From Antedon mediterranea (lineage: Eukaryota; Animalia; Echinodermata), in the NCBI RefSeq assembly GCF_964355755.1, contig NC_092673.1, positions 32,671,648-32,735,647 on the forward strand: a stretch of 64,000 nucleotides of DNA, in the 5' to 3' direction. Each line of letters starts with the position of its first letter. The stretch's first letter is position 1. Below the pieces are notes generated by a model. That model made no database searches. It had not been told where the DNA came from and saw only the letters and a program-made list of their open reading frames with translations. The position numbers and the translations under genes are program-made. Positions 27,407-40,250 of the stretch are shown here, piece by piece.

Positions 27407-28289
27407 TAACAAACTTTGAAACGTTTGTCACTCGCTGTCTAAAGTATCACAGGGCTTTTACAATTTTTGAAGAAATCCGGGCACGTAGAAGTGAGATGCA
27501 CGCTCTTTTTATTGCGATGAACTGTGACGATCAGAGATGAAAATCCGACATTTTAAATTCAACTGGTGATAGTGATACATATCTACTGTAAAGCTTCCAT
27601 AATTAATTGTTATCATAAAGGCCACTTTTTATTCTGAGGAGCTATAACAGATTGAAATATATTTATTACATAGCCTATGTAAATACTTGAACGTGATTGG
27701 ATGAATCTGCATCACATGACTACCACTGCGAGGATCGTAAATCGTATATATCCTCGAGTACGATGATATTGACTGAGTAATTTTCGCGTAATTATCGTGT
27801 CCCTGTCATTAAACGTATGTTTTATAGGGTTAGGGTTAGGGCTCAGCTGGCCCGGACGTTTATTATTGAGGGTTGGGGAGAGGGGGTTTTTTCCCTGTAA
27901 AAGAGAATTACAATAATCGTATGAACTAACAATAGTTTCAGTTGTATAACAGAACAATCAACTGTGAACCTTGTATCAAAAAAGTCAAAGGGGTGGCGAC
28001 TGTTTCCTTAATAGTATGGACAAGCCTGTCAAAACGCCACAAACAAGCGGTTAAGTAAAAAAAAAAGGGTTTTTAAAACTACTTGTATCAATAAACATGT
28101 ATATTAAATCAAATTGTATTTTTTATTTGCAAATTATAATTCTTTCTTCTCGTACAAAAATTAAGTTGTCGAGAAAATGCAATTTCAGTTTACTTGTTAC
28201 ATTAAGACTGCTCAGTAGGCCTACCAGATCGCAGGTGTAACGCCAAATTAATAGACTAGTCCAGAAATTTGAGAAAAATTAAATACTGT

Positions 28290-29225
28290 AGGGATTTTGT
28301 GTTAAAAGCGAAAAAACATGTGTTTTAGGGTAATTTTGGGGTGCTGATTCAAATCTGCAGTTTACCCGGCTCAATTTTTAGATTTTTCCCCTTAAAATGT
28401 GAAAAACAAAATGGCCGCCATTTTAAACGTATTTTGGCTTATAACTTGATTTTAAGGGACATAGCAAGTTAAAAATGGTTTCTATACCTATGTTTGTGAT
28501 ACTGAGGATTCCAAATATATTGTTATTAAAAAGTTGTGATAGTCTATTTCAGCCGCCATGTTGAAATCCAAGATGGCCGCCATTTTAAACATACTTTGGC
28601 TTATTAACTTGACTTTTAAGTAACATAGTAGGTTAAAAATGATGTCTATACCTATGTTTGTAATACTGAGGATTCCAAATATATTGTTATTAAAAAGTTG
28701 TGAGGTGGTCGTAAGGTGGTTTCCCGAATGATCGTAAAATCAAAACGGTACTGGGTATGATCAACTAGCGTTATTGTCACCAACTAGTCATCCATTCATA
28801 GAAGTACTGATGTAGTAGCCTATCTGTACGGTGACCATAGCATGTGACCCGAGACATGATTAACTACGACTTTTAGATGATAGAAAGTTGAAAAATTTGT
28901 TACGAGTAGTTGTACGATATGAGGATGTTTAAAAAAATATGTTACAAATGTAAAACTTATTAGGCATATAAACAGATGTTTGTTAGTATAAGCAATTTTA
29001 TGTTAATTAAGATAAGGAAGAAAAGCAAAGAGACTATGGAGAGCGGCTGTACCTGAATATACAACACTAAGCATTGCAAGGTTAAAATACTAGAAATTTA
29101 GGCGATCTTGTCAAAGGTCAAGCGCCTTCAGCCTGCCACGTTTCGATATTCAATATTTAACTTGACCTATCACCCCAAAATTACCCTAAAACACATGTTT
29201 TTTCGCTTTTACCACGAAATGCCTA
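28290..29225. repeat. Repeat element with ~50-bp inverted repeats and an internal ~165-bp tandem duplication
   Basis: aaaagcgaaaaaacatgtgttttagggtaattttggggtg (~28304) is inverted at ~29171-29210; the unit atggccgccattttaaac...aaaagttgtga occurs twice (~28411 and ~28573). Confidence 0.6.
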
Positions 29226-30074
29226 TAGCATCTTATTAGAGTGGAAATATGACTATCTGGACTCTATAAGTGAAATTGCCAAATAAGGTTCGCGTGGTCT
29301 TTATAACTTAAATTTGCAACACGTTCTAGTTATCAAATATTGAAATTATTTATTTCCAAATAAACAAAACTGAAAATTATTAAAAGCTGAGTATTTCTTA
29401 CCTAATAATCTTTACTTAAAACTGAAGCATACGACTAAAATCTGATTGTAGGGTAAAAAATATGAAAGGCACTGTCATCGAAAAATTTAGAAAACTCAAT
29501 AACATGATGAGAAGGCTAAGACCTCTATGTTAGCAGCAGAAAAATAAGACTACTTGTTTATACGCCAAAGAGAATTGTCTCAAAACACGTCGGCATGAAT
29601 TATGCGGACATTTACCAATTGGCTCTAAAACAATTAGTGTTTGAGTTATGGGACACCATCTCTGCATTATTTACTAGTAATAATTTGATTTTGCGTTCTC
29701 TTCTGTTGAATGGCTCCGTCGGTACCCTTCTTTGTTTCTGTTTTCAAATTAAAATAACTATTCGTTAAATATAAAATGCATCCCTGTTATTATTTTAGGG
29801 GAACGGGGGGGGGGGGTGGAGGGGCGGTGTCTGTTTAGCATTGCTTGTTTTTACTCCATATCCCTTTTGTGTGTATACTGTTATTTTATGTGTTTTAATC
29901 ATTAGTTTTTTAAAAAGACGAGTTACATTCACATTTTTGTCACCTATTATGTCATTGATACGAGATACATTATGGTGGGATTCGTGTACGGTTAGCCTCA
30001 ACAGTGAAATGTTAGGGGGGAAATTCGAATCAACTTAATACACTGTAACATTACTTGGAAAATTAGGCCTATAG

Positions 30075-30915
30075 AACAGTATTGCAATATGGAACCTAGA
30101 ATTGCAATGAAGATGTTTTTTGCATCCGTTTCAGCCTCATCTGTTATCGTAATACGGTGTCGGGACTTTAGCAAGTTTGTTATTGCGTATTGCTTAGTAA
30201 GTGTGACACTATATTTAATTTGATGTCTGAAACATTAAAAGATAAATTCGCAATAATTGAACCTAATTTTGTAAATGTTTAGTTAGATATTCACATGCGT
30301 TGTAGTGTCATCACGTTTGTTACACGTGTGTGACCTAAGTAAATAAGGTATGGTATACAGGTAGGTCGTAGTAGGCGAAATTCATCAAAACAATTACTTT
30401 AAGGTTGGAAACATTTTTAGAACATAAATAGATAATGGAAACTAATTTTGCAATAAAGATGAGTTAGATATTGCATTGTCATAGGTCACGTAGTACGCAA
30501 TAGGAACGTACTAACATACATATATTCGTAATATTAATGCAACCTAATTCAGCAATGGTGATTGTTTTTTTTCATTGGGAATTTAGCATTTGTTAAGATG
30601 TGAATGAGAACATTTTAATCAAGTTTTAACACTCACTGTGGAAACAATTGCAATAATGAAAACTAATTGTGCAATATGTTAAATATTTTTATATCACTTG
30701 TACGTCGGGAACTTAAATTCGCAATAATGAATCATAATTTTGCAATAAAGTCTTGTCATCTGGTTTGTTCATATGTGGGAAGAAAGTTTGGATGGGATGG
30801 AGTAAGAGAAATTGTAAACAAACTATTAATACATAACATTTACTTCGAAATCGGGAATTATTACTTAGCCTAAATTCGCAATAATGTAATGAACCCTAAT
30901 TTGCAATGAAGTCGT
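30075..30915 (+). repeat. Degenerate array of a ~30-bp motif with variable spacers
   Basis: TTCGCAATAATGAAACCTAATTTTGCAAT-like motif at ~30083, 30247, 30430, 30526, 30648, 30718 and 30876. Confidence 0.6.
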
Positions 30916-31029
30916 TTCATAATGTGGGCATGGTACATGCATGCAAGTAAGTTGTGTGAGGTAATGCTAATCGAGTTAATATATTATTTAAGTAAAATTA
31001 TTTTGACACATAATAAGGCGTATAATATA

Positions 31030-32300
31030 ATTTACAAACATAAATCAAAAGCTATGTGGATGGGTAAATGGAAAAATAGAAGTGATAAACCACTTGATTT
31101 ATGTTGGGAAAAAAAGCCGATAAAGATATTAGGAATATATGTGGGATATGATTACAAGACTTGTAAAACTAAAAATTGGAGTGATAAACTGGTTGATTTT
31201 GAACAGATTTTGAAATTATGGAGTTCTAGAAATGTAACACTTTATGGGAAAGTAATTATATTGAAGTCACTTGCACTAGCAAAACTTACATACAATGCAA
31301 ATATTATTACTGTACCAAAGTATGTTTATGACATAGTTAACAAACAAAGTTATACATTTTTATGGAGTAACAAATATGAAAAAATAAAAAGGAAAACCTT
31401 AATTGGAAACCTAAACGAAGGTGGAATTAAAATGCCAGATTTTAAATTACATACAAAAGCACTTAAGGTCACATGGCTAAAAAGGTTGTTACATGAAGAT
31501 GAAGCAAAATGGAAATTTATTTCAAAAAATTTTATATTAATAATATATGTTCAGAAAATATTCTTTTTAATATGACAGATGAAAACCACTTCATACATAA
31601 AATACCTATGTTTTATGAGAGTATGTTTAAAGCATGCATAAAGTATAATAAATGCTTTAAAAGAAGTGTAAACACATATGATGATATAATGAATGAACAG
31701 TTTTGGGGTAATAAGTTAATACAACTTAAAAACCAATCACTATGTTATAAACATTGGATTGAATGTGGCATTATTTTATTGAAGGATATTATAAAAGAAA
31801 ATAGATTCATAACTTCAAAAGAATTATTGGTAAAATTAAAGTACAAAGCAAACTGGTTAAATGAATACATGTGCTTATTAAAAGCGATACCAATACAATG
31901 GAAAACTATAATCAAATACGAGAAAAATTGTTATTATAATAATAACAGAAAATGTCATTATGAATAGATATAAGGACATTACAACAAAGAGTATTTATCT
32001 CTGTTTTGTGGAGGAAATTTTTGTCCCTCGAGTTTGTCAAGGAAAATGGGAAAAATATTTTCATAATTTGAATATTGATTGGAAGTCATGTTGGTTATCT
32101 AAAGTTTGTAAAATGAAAGATAAAAAATTAATACACTTTAAATACAAACTGTTAAATAGAATTTTAGCAACAAACAAAAGGTTGTTTATCTGGAAACTAA
32201 AAGATACTAATATATGTGGTAGATGTGGAGAGGTACAAGATGAGGAGCATATGTTTTTTACTTGTAAATTTATTCAATTTGGACAAAAATAGAGATTGTT
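31030..32300 (+). mobile_element. L1/Tx1-clade LINE ORF2 C-terminal fragment, frameshifted
   Basis: IKILGIY, WSSRNVTLYGKVIILKSLALAKLTY, EGGIKMPDF, WLKRLL, and the CCHC knuckle CGRC...EHMFFTC, spread over ORFs 30922-31575, 31509-31967 and 31960-32292. Confidence 0.9.
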
Positions 32301-35300
32301 TTAAAAGGTACCAATCATAAAAACACGTCTTTTCAAAATCTGATTGGTCAGTTTTAGAATGATGAAACAGCAATCAAAATCAGAGAACTATGTCAAACGT
32401 TATAGACGTTTTCCTATCAGTATCAGAACGAAGTAGGTTTGTTTTTTATGAATAGCAACCATTTCAATAAATGTCCAGACCAGAATTACGTCCTTCTACA
32501 ACCTGAGGTGAGGTTTAGTAGTCATTATTTAACATTCCGAGAACCATCGTTTACCACTTATAACTAGTAAGACAAATTGTAATTACTTCGGTCGCTTACC
32601 TTAGTAAGTGTACCCAATACCTAATAAATAAAACGTCAACATTTTAGGGAATGAATCTTTAATTGGAGATTTCTTTTAATTTTTTTTGAACCGCATAGTA
32701 GGCCTATTATGGTGGTACAATCCCCGATGACGGCAGCAGAAATGTACAACGACGAAATGTCGACTCCCCTTTTTTTGGCAAATCATTAAACCAAATAATA
32801 TGTAAAATGTTATGCTTTAGGAAAAAAGAGTCAATAATTTATTAATAACTATTGTATTAGGTCACAGTAGTTACAACCTTTAGGCCTATAACAATACATA
32901 AGACAATAAGTAAGATTTGTAAATTTGTAATTCTTAATTTTTAAAAATCACACCATCTTTTCTAAACAAACCTAAATATGCAATAGTGTACTTACTGTGT
33001 GTAGTCGTCTTGAAATTTCGGATGTCCAACTCACTGAGAACAGTTCAATTCATTTTTACCAAGCCATCTGATAGAAGTCGAATCCAGCTTGTTGGTCTGG
33101 AAAAACTGGTACAGTAAATCTTTGAAAGTCTACTTATATATACATACATATCGTGATGGAATGTTTAATTTGATTGATTTTTGCTAATTAAGACTAGACT
33201 GTTGTAATTTTCAGTGAAAAGTTTGTAAAGATGTTGATTGTATTGTTTATACACACTTGAAGGGTTCAAAATTATAGCTTAGCGTGACTGACTGTTTGCT
33301 TTGATTCTAATTGTGCAGATTAACAAAATAATTAGTTATCATTTTCGGTGAAAAGTTTGTTCATTGTATATTGTTCGTACACAGTTTAAAGGGGTTAAAA
33401 CTATAACATAGTAGCATCTTTGATTACATTCAGCTGATTACAACAAACTGATATGAACTGCTTGCTTTGTAAAATATCTTGTTTTTGTAATATTGTTGGT
33501 TGCTTTATTCGTCCAATTGAACACGATAGCATTGTCATCGTCTTTAATACATTTTGTTTTCTTAAAATCTTCTTACGCGGAAGATATATGTTGCTGATTA
33601 AAGTTAAATTGACATTTTATTATTACTTTAAAACAGAAAAATCAAAAGAATTCAAATTGTGATTTTAGGTTATTGTTGTAAAGTTAGAATAACTTGAATG
33701 TTAAAGATCAATAAATGAATGAATGAATTTAATTAATGTGTTCACCTTCGAAGCTTCTTTGTGGTTATTAAACTATAAACAAAATCGATTATACCTTACT
33801 ACAGAGAAAGATTGTTGTTTTGATTAGACTGAAAATTACATGACGTGATGTGCTGACGTGTTTTAGTATACGTAACGTATATGTAATGTGTACATTAATA
33901 ATTATGTACGACATTTAGGCTGTGCATATGTTAACAAATCGTTTAAAGATAACTTAGGCCTAAATGTAATTCGTCATTTAATTATTTTTTTTGCAGTTAA
34001 ACTATAAAAGTATATACACAACAGAAAAAGGGTCCTTTGTTTTGATTAGACTGAACATAACATTCAGTTAATTACCTGGTGTGTCAACGTGTTTTAGTAT
34101 ACGTTCGAATGTACACACACACACAAACACACACCCACGCCCCTAACCCCGCCCCCCCCCCCCCCACCCACAGAACGTTAATTCTAATTCTAAAAGCATA
34201 ATTTATTTTTTAAACCAAATTTACCAAACAATTTGACTTAGTTTATACGATTATTGTTTTAATCCATTAACAAATATATACGCCTATCTTGCAGAAACAT
34301 TTACACAATAATCACTTAAAGTACAATATTTTGAAGAAAAAAAAGAATGATTTGAATTCGTCAGGCATCAGCCTGTTTTGCAAATTAGATTGATTAGAAC
34401 AAGAAAGCAGATGATCTATCAATCGTTGAAAACTGATGTTTGAGTCTGTACAAAGTTGATATGTATTGAAATTATATCACGTGCGATAAATGTTTGCTTT
34501 TACTCTGGCTTATTAGAACCTGACCAACAGACTGACAAACTGTTCTCAACCTAGGCATGCTTTCGTTGTAACAATTGCTTTGTTTGATATATGTGATAAC
34601 GTTGAATTTCTGTGTTAAAGTGTTCTTTAGATCCTTTTAGGTATGATTGTTTAATTTAACATACGACAACTACAGGTCAGCAACGTTTAACAAAATATAA
34701 ACTGGGAAAAAAAGAGGCACCAATCACATTACAGCAAATATACACGTCATCCAAGCAGCCAATCAAATAAGACTAGGTTTGCTGACATCAGCAGCATCAC
34801 CAAGTGAATTATTTTGTGTACAATTTTTTTTTTTTCAGTTTAGGCGAAATAAGCATGTGAATAAGCATTCATGCGATAATGTAAAGAAACCTCCTAATTT
34901 TAACCCAACAATTCAAACAATTAACATTAACATTTCGCACATATATACACTTTACATTCTATGGACATACATCAACCAAAGTGTTTAATAACCTATCGTT
35001 TCCCGTCGTACGGTATTATGACTTAATAATGGTGGAGATTTCTCCAAAACGTGTAATCTTCATAGGTTTCTGTGTACTGTTTACACATGCCGAATCATAA
35101 CTCAACTTCAAATGTGACCGGCAGAGCCTTCAAACTCTACACTTTAGTTTTGCTCTAGTTTTATTCCTCTTCATTTCCACTCCCCTAATAACCATTTAAA
35201 AGGAGTGTAATATAATGACACACTAGAGGTCAAGTAAATCATTTGATACAGCGACATATAGCTTATGTTCTATATACTAGACTCAATCTATTCCTAGAAA

Positions 35301-36574
35301 AACATTTTGGAACACTTGGCGTGTAATAACTATATTATATTTTTTTTTAAACGCTAGCAAAAAATAAAGGCAATTAATTAGAAACTTGTAATGGTGAAAA
35401 TTCACTTACCTTGAATTTTCTACCACCACGTATGAACTTTATTCGGGTTATAAACATGTCATTGTTATAATATAATTTCATATATTTTTTAATAAACTGG
35501 TAAATTGCAAAATATTAATAATTAAAGCAGTAATTGTTCTTAACATCTACTATATACTGTATACTACTAAATCAGTGATTGAAATTAAATGAGAAGAATA
35601 ACTATTATATAATAATGGGTCATATACATTTATTTTAAAGCTGTTACTAAATCAACAATAGGTAAACAAGACCATAATGAAATATAGTTAAACTAGCAAT
35701 TTAATGTGCGAGTGGACATAAATTATGCAAATGAATATAATATACGAGTGGATAAAATAATTTGGAAAACATTCTTCTAACTCGAGTTGAGTTAGAAGCT
35801 ACCCATTACTTAATACTACATAACTTTTAATTTACATAGTAATATTATTGGAAACATTTATAACTAAATTAAATAGTCATGACATCAACAATTACAAAGT
35901 GGGTTTCTTATAATCTTTAATGAAAAATATAGTGATGTCATGATATTAAATCAAACGTATCATTACTAGAAAACCCCCAGAGGTTTTATATAACTGAACA
36001 TTGAATCTAAGGTCATAATTAGGTTATTACAGTGAATAATATAATAACTTGAAATGTACTTTTACGTTGAAATTATGAACGAAATACAGTCTGCATATTT
36101 ATATGGCAAGCCTCAGCTGTCTGAAGTATTCAAAATATTATATTATTATATCATTTTTTTATTATATTATATATTGTATTGTAATGAATTATACGTTTTG
36201 CATTATATTACTTGGTTTTAGCATTATATTATATCTATTTCTAATATATTATGTGAAAAACGTAACAAATTATTGACTTTTTGTATTATATTATTTGGTT
36301 TTAGCATTATATTATGAACATTTAATATTATATTATTAATAAAATACATTATATTATAATATAATTGTATTATATTAAACGCATTTACTTTACTTTATAA
36401 CATACAACATTATTATATTATACGGATTCGTTAGTTATATTATTATTTTGTATGATGTTTATTATACGTCACGGCTTATTTCAGTTCTTCTAACTCTTTC
36501 TCTCCCTCCCCCTGTTCACTAGCAATCAGCGGCCGGCAGAATCTGAATTGTGACTGTTGAAGAATAACTACGTA

Positions 36575-36985
36575 CTAGGCCTAGGCCTAGCCTAGGCCTA
36601 CTAGGGGATCTAGACAAGTGACCAAGGATCACCGGACAGCTACAACTAATACTACAATACAATAATACTACTACAATAACTACTACTGCTACTACCTAGG
36701 CCTAGCTAGTGAGTAGTAGGTAGGAATATACTAGGCTCTAGGGCGTATGTATGATGTTAACTACTAGGGCCTAGGCCTAGATAGAGGCCTACTAGTACTA
36801 CTGTAGGCTAGGCCTAGAGGCCTACTAGTACTAGGCTAGGCCTAGAGGCCTACTAGTAATAGGCTAGGCCTAGAGGCCTACTAGTACTAGGCTAGGCCTA
36901 GAGGCCTACTAGTACTAGGCTAGGCCTAGACTTAAGTTAAGGGCCTGCTGCCTTAGGCTAGGCTACTACTACTACTACTAGGCAG
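36575..36985. repeat. TAGGCCTA/CTA-rich simple repeat, including ~5 copies of a ~26-bp unit (mirrored in shorter form at ~42615-42925)
   Basis: (ctaggctaggcctagaggcctactagta)n and (cta)n are directly visible. Confidence 0.85.
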
Positions 36986-39365
36986 CCCATGATGGGTACG
37001 AGTAAGCCAAAATTTTGGATATATGTAAACCAAAATTTGGGTACGAGCGTGTTGGCATGGCATGGGTACGGGTTGACCTGTATCCTTCTAGCTAATCGTA
37101 CTATGCCTAGGCCTCAAGTAAGTCTACGCTACCCAGTCCGGCTACAATATGGTCTATTTTGTTTTATAGCTTTATTGATAGCTGGGTTCAAATCTGGGTT
37201 GGGACGGCTTTTTCTCATTCTAAAACAGATTTCCTTATCATAATAAAATAATATATGAATTTATTTGTAATATTATTGTAATGTATACATAATATAAGTA
37301 ATTGCCATTGCCTTTATTACTATTAATTATGTATTATACGGTTACCCCTTAATTATACTATAGTATAATTTCCTTGTTATATTTTACAATATTTTCTTCC
37401 TAATTCTACAATTTTGTCTTTCACAGCACAAATTTATCATACTGAATCATCACACACCAAGTCTCATAAATCTCTACTGTATTTGTCCAAGCTACTCCAG
37501 CTACATGGTATTGCCTTGAGGCTAAACTACACGGTATACTGGCACTACCATCATTCCTGGCTCGTCAACCTGTACCACATAAGCACAGTTTCAGTTTCAG
37601 TTTATTTACCATTTCAATTTCTGAACATAAGAGATGAACAACTTATATGGATGGATAACCGTAAGAGCGGAGCTCGTTTACCGGTCACACGTTAGTGCAG
37701 TGACATTACAGAAAACATAAAGACAGGACAAAGGTGCAATACTTAACAAGACATGTGAACACTTGTGTTTGCAACCCCTTGGATAAAATAATATATTTAT
37801 ATAAAGGAGAAAGTTAGATATTATAATATTTCTTTTTGATCATACAATGATAATTTTTAAATTACTTCTTAAGAAGTCATACTACTGATTCAAAATAGTG
37901 ACTTACACCCTGTGGTCAAGGCTTTATTTGCTCTTATGCGTATTTCCTCCAACATACAGAGTACATAGGACTTTTTTTTATTCATAACTGTTGAATTGTT
38001 TCCCAATACATAGTACATATTGGTATTATATCTAAAAATACAAAGGCGGCTAACACATGCAGTACTCTTTTATAGATAGATGTATCTCTCCAAACTACTC
38101 CCAACTACCTAATCTAATAATAGTACTATTAGCATACTACTATACACTTTGTAGACAAGAAATAAGTTGTATACACCTACAGGACTTATGGTAGTACAGT
38201 CGAACGCCCTCTCACTGGCCCGGTAAACATAATCTATACCTAGATTATTACAGTAATTAAAGTACATTATTACAGAGTTTTGTTTTTTTTTGCAGAAATC
38301 AAAGTTATGTGTATAGAAAGCAGTACTCGTATTAAAAACTAAGCAGGTTGCAGGTCTTGAATGCAAACTGGCAGGATATTTTGAATATTTTTTGTTGTTG
38401 AAATGATGGAATCCTAACTTCAATTTCCACGAACTGGAGACGAAGACATATTATGACCCTTTTATTTAAATTTATTTGAATAGACCTCCATGTAAAGTCA
38501 TTAAAGGCTACATGATTGTTTTATATTTTAATATGTGATAGTAGGAAATCATTGTGTATAATGAGGACTATGAATCTGATATTTACTTGCATTCTTATCT
38601 TTTTAAAATATTATTTATAATGCCGGTAATGAGTTTAAAATTTAATTATATTGACTATTTTTGATAATCATCATGTCCTTATAAATTCATTTATACTTTT
38701 TTTGTGTAATATAGTTCATATATTATGTATTAAATAAATTGGTAAGGCCCTATACTGTTATTATTTAAGGAAAGTTTATATACACTATTATTTTATGCCT
38801 ACCAATATTAGTATTAATTGTTTATGTAAATATTTTGTCTAATTGCCTTGATTTTTGTATAGGCCAATGGCATCAATGTTTTTCTCAAAGCAAATTAGCC
38901 TAATAATGCCACATTTAGACACATGATTCATTTATTTCTGATATTCTGTACTTGTGTATGCATTACTAAAATAGTAGTTAATATATTTCATTTATAATGT
39001 ATGTATAAACATATATTCATATTTTTTTAAACATTTTTAAATTTAAAAATTATTACAATACCTATCTACCTTTCTGATATTGTTACTATTATATAATATT
39101 TTTTGAGGCAGCAATAAAAAAAAATTAAAAAATTAATTTGACTTATACTGTACTATGTTAGTTCAGGAGATTAAGTGTGTGTGGGCAGAAACTAGTGTGT
39201 TGGAGGTTGGTGGTGTGAGGTGTATAGTTGTCACTTTAAGACCTAAATTAGATGTTTTCTGAAGAAAAGAAGTAAGCGGATACGCTTTCAAACAACTCCA
39301 AGAAGATTCACACAAAAATAATTACTTTCCAATAAAATAGTATAACAGTGTATATTACAGTATTA

Positions 39366-40250
39366 CAGTGAATAAACTCGAGCGGAATAATAACACAAAT
39401 AAAAAAACATTCATTTTCTTGTCGAAAAGTGCCCTCTCTAGTTTTCTATTAATTTATTAATAATTATTATCAATTAATGAGTAATATGAACATATTTTTA
39501 AAATTTAATGCTGGAAACTGTATCTACTCCTAACAAAGTTTCATATCTCCAAATTTCATCAACGTATTCAAAGCACTTAAATAAATTACATTTAACATTA
39601 CAAATTCAGGTTTTGGATATAATTTTGCTTAAAAACATATACAAAAAACATCGATAAAAAATACTTTTCGTATTCAAAAACATTTGATACTTGGTATAAA
39701 TGTTCAATATAGGTTGCTCCATCCATATTGCAAACCAAAAATAACTATCAAGCCATATCACTGATTTTTTAAATTTACGTTTTTACAGAATGTACACTTA
39801 TGAAAGACCATACAATTCCAACTCATTTTTTTCAAGCTAATAACTATTTTGAAAAAACAACCAACAAAAAACGTTCATGAATGCAATTTTTTTCTGTGAA
39901 TAGAGCAACCTATAGTGAACATTTATACCAAGTATCAAATGTTTTTGAATATTTTTATCGATGTTTTTTGTATATGTTTTTTAGCAAAATTCTATCCAAA
40001 ACCCGAATTTTTATGTTAAATGTGATATTTAATATTGAAGTGCTTTGAATACGTTGATGAAATTTGGAGATATGAAACTTTGTTAGGAGTAGAACCAGCT
40101 TCCAGCATTGAATGTTAAAAATATGTTCATATTACTCATTAATTAAAAATAATTATTAATAAATTAATAGAAAACTAGAGAGGGCACTTTTCGAAAAGAA
40201 AATGAATGTTTTTTTATGGGCGTTATTATTCCGCTCGAGTTTATTCAATG
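39366..40250. mobile_element. Tc1/mariner-like MITE with ~350-bp TIRs at the centre of the palindrome
   Basis: TA|CAGTGAATAAACTCGAGCGGAATAATAAC ... GTTATTATTCCGCTCGAGTTTATTCAATG|TA. A CAGTG terminus with TA flanks is the Tc1 signature. Confidence 0.6.

Noticed and set aside
27826-27842. Telomere or interstitial telomeric array (GGGTTAGGGTTAGGG)
   Set aside because: Only about 2.5 units, a motif common inside invertebrate non-autonomous transposons.
30075-30915. CRISPR array
   Set aside because: Eukaryotic context, degenerate repeats, very uneven spacers and no cas genes.
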